Shown: piece by piece, positions 52,636 to 58,532 of the stretch
Numbering within the stretch: the first letter of the stretch is position 1
Layout of the letters: each line of letters starts with the position of its first letter
NCBI GenBank assembly: GCA_000934665.2
Contig: JYFJ02002352.1
Coordinates: forward strand, 1-58,532
Source: Catajapyx aquilonaris
Taxonomy: Eukaryota
Direction: 5' to 3'
Length of the DNA stretch: 58,532 nucleotides
Notes under the pieces: generated by a model
What the model saw: only the letters and a program-made list of their open reading frames with translations
Database searches by the model: none
What the model was told of the DNA's origin: nothing
Made by a program: the position numbers and the translations under genes

Positions 52636-53933
52636 CGGGTTGCCTGCATAACTCCCAGGAGGGGTGCATCTCTGTACACTGTTGCGTTTACAATTGTTGG
52701 GGAGCTTTGCGTGGGACGCTTCTCTTACATTTGTTCATTCCCCATCCCACCTTCCTCAAGCAAAATAGTGTTTCTAAGTCTGTGTAGTCCTGGGTTTAAG
52801 TATTAATTTGTCCATGTCCAGGTTTATATTTTTTACGGTGGTGGTGGTTGTGTTTTCTGTTGTTCAACTGTAAGTGTGATCTGCTTTTTGTCTTCCTTTG
52901 GCAATTTTTTTTCCTGTGCAGAATCCCGAAACCTTCTTCGGGAAGAAGACAAGGACATATGAATGTTGCAGGCAACGTTGTTGAGGAAGCTCCTATGTAA
53001 TTGCCCCAGTGATTTTGAGCCTTTGTATCAAAGGGGGCTTTGTATTGTGGAACGTCCTTTGATTAGGGTTGCAAATATTTTTGGCACAGAGTTTATTTTT
53101 TGATCTCCCTCTTTTGCACAGAAGCGAGTCAACTTCAGGTGCCAGATATTAAGAAGTACGGAACAGTTAATGGAATGGTTAATGGAACTGCCAGCAAGTA
53201 AGATAATGTGGTTATTGTATTTTTGTGACGATTATTGTTACAATACCGGTAATTATTGTTGACGATGGGACCACCAGAAACATTTTTTCAAAAGGGGAGT
53301 TTTGTAATGGTTGTGTAAGGAGCGAGTGTCAGATTAAAGTTATAGTTAAACACACACATCCTTTTTCTTTAGATGTTAAAGTATCCTCTGATTTGCAGCA
53401 TTTTGTGGGGAATTAGTCCTTTCAGTATTTCCAGCACTGGTTTCAAAAGTAGCTGTTATTTTCAGTCCCATGTGAATCTGCTGTGCTTGTTTGTGCCCCC
53501 CCCTCCTTGAGAGCACGCACGCGAGAGCCACCTGTGGTGCGTGTTTCCAACCCTGAGCGTCGCTGAGCAGCCTCTAGAGCAGCAGCGGCGGAGGTGGAGG
53601 AGGTGTGCTCGGCTCTTCTTCTCTTGACTCTTTTGCTCTCTTATTTCGCTCGCTTCCAGTCCTTCCATGTTCCATCCCATTTACCAGTTCCACCCTCGAT
53701 AGCCACCACCACCTTTGGCCCAACCTCACCACAGCAACTTTTAATCCCCCTATTTTTTTTTAAATTTTCCCTTCCTTCCTTCCCGTCTTTCCTACCCCCT
53801 GCCCTCCCTGTCCCTGTTTTCCATTACTTTTTTAAACAAATTATTTTCTGGACGTTTTCTAGGGGGAACCTTTTTCCTGAGCACTTCCCCTTTTATCATT
53901 GGTTTCTCGTTGGCGCACCGGGGGAAAAAAGAG

Positions 53934-55409
53934 ATGACGCTGAACCCCCAGTATGAGGCGATAGGGAAGAGCTTCGCCCAGCAGTACTACACGCTCTTCG
54001 ATGATGCTTCTCAGAGACCCAACCTCGTTAACCTCTACAATGTAAGTATTCCTGCACACACATATTGCTGGAAGAGGAAACAGGACAATGGAAGGCACCG
54101 TCCAAGCATGGGTTGCACCGGTGTGCTCCACGAGGCCTAGGCCTACCATGCACATGGCAGTGGGTGGCCAGTTTGAAGGAGGTCAGGTCGTAGCCAGGCA
54201 GAGTTATAACCAACTGTGGAAGAAGAGAGGCGTAGGTCAATGCTGGCCTGATTTTGCCACCACTTCAGGCAGCAGTCTTTGTGCCTCCTCGAGTTCCACA
54301 TGCTGTGTCCCAGTCTTGTTGCAATTTGCTCGCAAGCCGAACCTGGGAATGATGCAGAGAACTGTTGGGATTTGCGTGTTGAGTTGAGTAAACCAGGTGG
54401 CATGTGCCCATGAGGCACACCTGGATATTGCACTTGGTACATACGTATTTTGTTCACTCCTTCATTTGTTCTAGTACCAATAAATACTGTGCATCAATTG
54501 CTTTTGATGATGCGGGTTGTGACAGTGTGTGTACTGTGAGTGAAGTTGGCTCACTGGGACCGAGCAAGACTTGCAAAACAATAGAAGGTGGACGTAACGT
54601 ATGCTGTGTCTTTTTATGGCAGCCAGATGGCAGGGCAATCATGCATCCCAGCTTCAATTTCTGCTCCTGTCATTGATATGTATAGTAGTATGTTACAGTA
54701 GTAGCCATACAATCTCTTATTAACCTGTAAGCAAAGTTGAGTAGACATTGCCACACTGTCTGGCATGGATCATTATGTGCTTAACGCATCACTTCAAGGG
54801 CAAGCGGCCTTTTTCTTTAATAGTGTCTGGTGCAGGGGAAGAATATTGTCCAGTAAATAATAATTTGGTAATGTTAGGAATTGTGGAAAACAAGTAATGC
54901 TGCTTATTGATAAGTTGGTTGTGTATGACTGCACTTTATGAGCTGCATGTCTTTCCCACGGACAATTTGTTATGAATATTTTTATTGGCAGGCTGAAAAC
55001 TCTCTGATGACATTCGAGGGACAGCAGCTACAAGGTGCCTTAAAAATCATGGAAAAGTTCAATGTAAGTTACCGGACTTTCTGAAACGATAGAATGTGAA
55101 TTTGAAAATGTTCTTTATTTTTCAGAGCTTAACGTTCCAGAAGATCCAGCATATCATAACGGCTGTGGATTGCCAGCCCATGTTTGATGGCGGAGTCTTA
55201 ATCAATGTCCTGGGTCAACTCAAGGTATGGAAAAGTATTACTTTTTAAATGCTCGTAAGGCTAGGGGGTCAAAGCAAAAAGGTTGGGATTTTCAGACAGA
55301 TGATGATCCTCCACACGGGTTCCATCAGACTTTTGTTTTGAAGCCAATTGAGGACTCGTTCTTTATTCAGCACGACACTTTCCGCCTTTCCTTGCATCAT
55401 GTTGGATAA
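53934..55409 (+). CDS. NTF2: Nuclear transport factor 2, isoform A (130 aa); exons 53934-54041, 54992-55063, 55126-55224, 55296-55409
   Basis: MTLNPQYEAIGKSFAQQYY...SLMTFEGQQLQG...ITAVDCQPMFDGGVLINVLGQLK|TDDDPPHGFHQTFVLKP...HDTFRLSLH. Confidence 0.95.
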
Positions 55410-56703
55410 ATGACAAGTCAGCTTTTATAGGAATGCATATATTTTTATACCACCAAGGTTCAACAAGTTTTAAGTGCTGTGAGCAGGTATAAGTTGGGTT
55501 TGTTTTTTATTGAGAGCTTAGATGTGATTCTAACTAATTCAGATTAATGTTTTGTTTTTTTTAAATTTTTTACCTCGCTTCTGTTTACTAGTAGTTGGTT
55601 GCTGTTAAATTTGAGATCTTGAATGCATTGTTGACATTATACTAACAAGCAAGGATTGTCCACCAATTGTCAGTATTGCAAGTGTACAAAATTGTACAAA
55701 GCTGTAGGGTTCATCGCTAGCTGACTTTCGACATGAGCATAAGTTGGCATAGCTTCAGTGAAATTAGTAAGGGTGAGTCACACCAGATATCCTTCAGAAA
55801 TTGTAATGTGATGGATTTAGCTAAGATTGGACTAGTGGGACTTGGAGAGATTCTTATCCTGGGGCAAGAGTAGATTGATTTGTAATTTATAAGCCGTGCG
55901 ACATTAACCAATAGGCAGAAAAGGCTATTACCTAAGGGCAGCTGCATTTTGCAATGTATAATTTTATAATAAAATTACTGAGAGAATTCAACAGAAAAAT
56001 GCAATTTTCAAGTGGCATGTGGGGGGGGGGGGAGGGGGGGGGGCTGAAAATTTGGCGCTGCTTGTAAATAACAGATTGGTTAGCCATGTAAAAGTGGGGC
56101 TTTAGCTGGAATTGGATCTGGAAGACAGTTTTCCACATTTGAAGTATGTTCTGATTATTCCCTCTGTTACAGGCATTGTCATGATTATTAACAAAGTGAT
56201 TATCTCTTTATTTCTTTGTGAAGTAAGTTGTGTAACGACCATTTGGTTGCTGTTGGTTTAATCCGCAGATACAGAACCTGCGGGTAAGGATGGCTGACTG
56301 TTATTTGTTATCAGTTGAGTCATCTACCATAACAGAAATGCCTTATGACATGCACTAAAATGTTATAAACGTCATCCTATTTTGTATTTTAAAAGGACGC
56401 AGATTAATTTAGTAGTTTGGCAGTTCAGCTGCAGCCATGGCCAAAAGAGTAGATGAAGTGAGGGTGGGTAAGCAGGGCTGCTTCTATGTACAGGAAGGTC
56501 CCTCGTGGTTCAGTCTGAGCAGTGTTGAAGGGCGCTTAACTTGCAAATTAATGTGTGTCCCTTTAGGACTCTGTTTGAATTGATGTGGCATGAATTTGAG
56601 TTTGCAATTCTAATTCAGGTGGTGCATGTTGTGCAGAGGCCTATTTTGATACGAATTGCTTATAAATAGTTCTTCCCTGTCTAACATTTTGCACTTTTCA
56701 CAG

Positions 56704-56817
56704 AGCGATGAAGACCCACCCCATTCGTTCTCTCAAACCTTTGTACTCAAGTCGATTGGTGACTCGTTCTACTGCCAGCACGACATCTTCCGCCTTGGCA
56801 TCCACAACACTGCCTGA
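56704..56817 (+). CDS. NTF2: NTF2 alternative terminal exon (isoform B)
   Basis: Acceptor ttttcacag|; SDEDPPHSFSQTFVLKSIGDSFYCQHDIFRLGIHNTA*, same length and phase as exon 55296-55409. Confidence 0.92.
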   Translation, partial: SDEDPPHSFSQTFVLKSIGDSFYCQHDIFRLGIHNTA

Positions 56818-58532
56818 GTTTCTTGTTCATTATTGTTCTCTCGCTTCAAACCCCACCCTTGCCACCTTGTTCGCTCCACCAATCCTACTCCATCCCTCCT
56901 AATCCACTTCAAGAAAAGAAAGAAACAAGGGATATCAAAACAGGCAAAGCAGATGATGCTTCCTCACTACCCATGCCTCATTCCACGTGTTTGTTTAGTC
57001 ACATGCCGGGGTAAGCTGTGAGAAAAGAGTTTACAAGAGTTTGCAAAGTTTTATGAGTCGTGAATTGTTACTCGGTGGTGAATTATTTCTTTAGCAACTG
57101 TTTCCATTGGAAAGAACGTGTTGTCCTATGGTGATAATTTTCGTAGCAGCCTTTTTACCCTGTCCTACCAAAATATCCGGAAGTTGTCGTGTCACTTGCA
57201 TATTATTTGGATAATCTGTTGCTGGAGGATTTTCCTTTGCCCTTTTGTTGTTTTTCACTGTGGCAAAGGGTCAGTGGACAGACTGATAAGTGATAATACC
57301 TGCAGTTTGATTCTTGTTCCTTTTTTTCATGTAACATCAGATATTGGGTTGAGATTTTGGTGTGGATCTTGTGGTGGGATTTGTAATAAAAGTGGAAATT
57401 TTTAGTTTTTTTTTTCTTTGGCTAATTTAACTTACCAAAATCATGCAATTTTGCAATATGATCCGTCAAATCTCCCGCGAAATCCTGTAAATCGGAAGGT
57501 GCGCCGAATAAAGAATTTTTGTAACAAATCATGCAAACATGTTGTTTTGAATTTTTATTTTCTTCTAATTGTTTTATTCTGTAGTTGCTGCATGTAGATA
57601 TCATTGGAGATATCAAAAAGGTACTGGGTTTCGTTGTAATACAGATGATGCACAGGATGGTCTCTTGATAAACAGGTGAATCACACCCAACCATTCAATC
57701 ATACACCCTGTTGTGCTGACTTGTGAGCACAGGCGAATAGTGTAACAACAGAATGAGTGGGTAAGTATTTGCGTAAAGCAACAGCTGTCTTCAACCAATG
57801 TTCCGTGAATCTCTTCCTGAGGGTCCAGAAGATATGAGTATTATAGGTAATGGCATATTGTAGTGGTTTTATTAGTCTAGTACAGCAAAGAACCATGCTG
57901 AAGTTCCATGGTTTTAAAAAGGTTTTACTGGAGGGGTTATGCAGGGAGACAGAGTGGTGCTGTGGTAATGTATGCCCCCATGGATGTAAGGGTCAAGAAA
58001 TAAATGACGACTATACCAGAACCTGACTATTTCAGCTAGCATTGAGCAACTGTTGCACACAGTAAATACTGGTCATTTCCAGAATAATTATTGTGCAGCT
58101 TTACACCATTTAATTTCTTCCAGAGAAGGTGATCACAGTGGTAATGACAGAATTACAGGGGAGACTTTTCTTAGACTGCATAAGAGTGACACTTACAGAT
58201 AGCCCTATGAGAGGAGTCATTAACAAATAGGTCCCAATAAGCGAATTAATTGACAACATTTCTGACTTCGCACGAGGTTGACGGGTAAACACTGTTTTCC
58301 CTACTCTGCTTGATGTAGCCCTATTAAATCATTAGAGCGGCCTTCATAAGTACTTTCAGACGAAAAAACATGGATGCAAATTTTTGACCTTTTATTAAGC
58401 TAATAAAGGCAGTTAAATTGTCAGACAGCTGAAAAGAGCGTCTACAGTGGTCTAGACTCTAGAGAATGAAAATAGCCTATATCTAAAACCGCGTCGACGT
58501 TCTGCCCATATACACCCACTCTGGTCTCCTGA

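Noticed and set aside
57422..58292. Short minus-strand ORFs at the right end
   Set aside because: No consistent exon chain or family; possibly UTR of a gene beyond the window
1..58532. CRISPR arrays, operons or other prokaryotic systems
   Set aside because: Spliced eukaryotic genes throughout; no repeat-spacer arrays

Overview
Eukaryotic genomic DNA, most likely an arthropod (inference from short 55-90 nt GT-AG introns, a divergent ionotropic receptor and insect-like Ntf-2 splicing). I rebuilt spliced gene models by hand. The window holds: (1) five copies of an unnamed single-pass membrane protein family (signal peptide, CUB-like domain, LDLa, TM, PPxY tail ending PPxY[ED][ST]LFP), one partial and one with an in-frame stop; (2) four tandem secreted GMC oxidoreductases with signs of gene conversion; (3) a divergent ionotropic receptor (IR) head-to-head with one CUB-LDLa copy; (4) an SLC10 Na+/bile-acid symporter-like gene with candidate alternative last exons; (5) NTF2 with two alternative terminal exons; (6) many transposon insertions (mariner, Tc1-like remnant, two tRNA-SINEs, MITEs, some nested). 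Splice sites are predicted from sequence and paralog comparison only.
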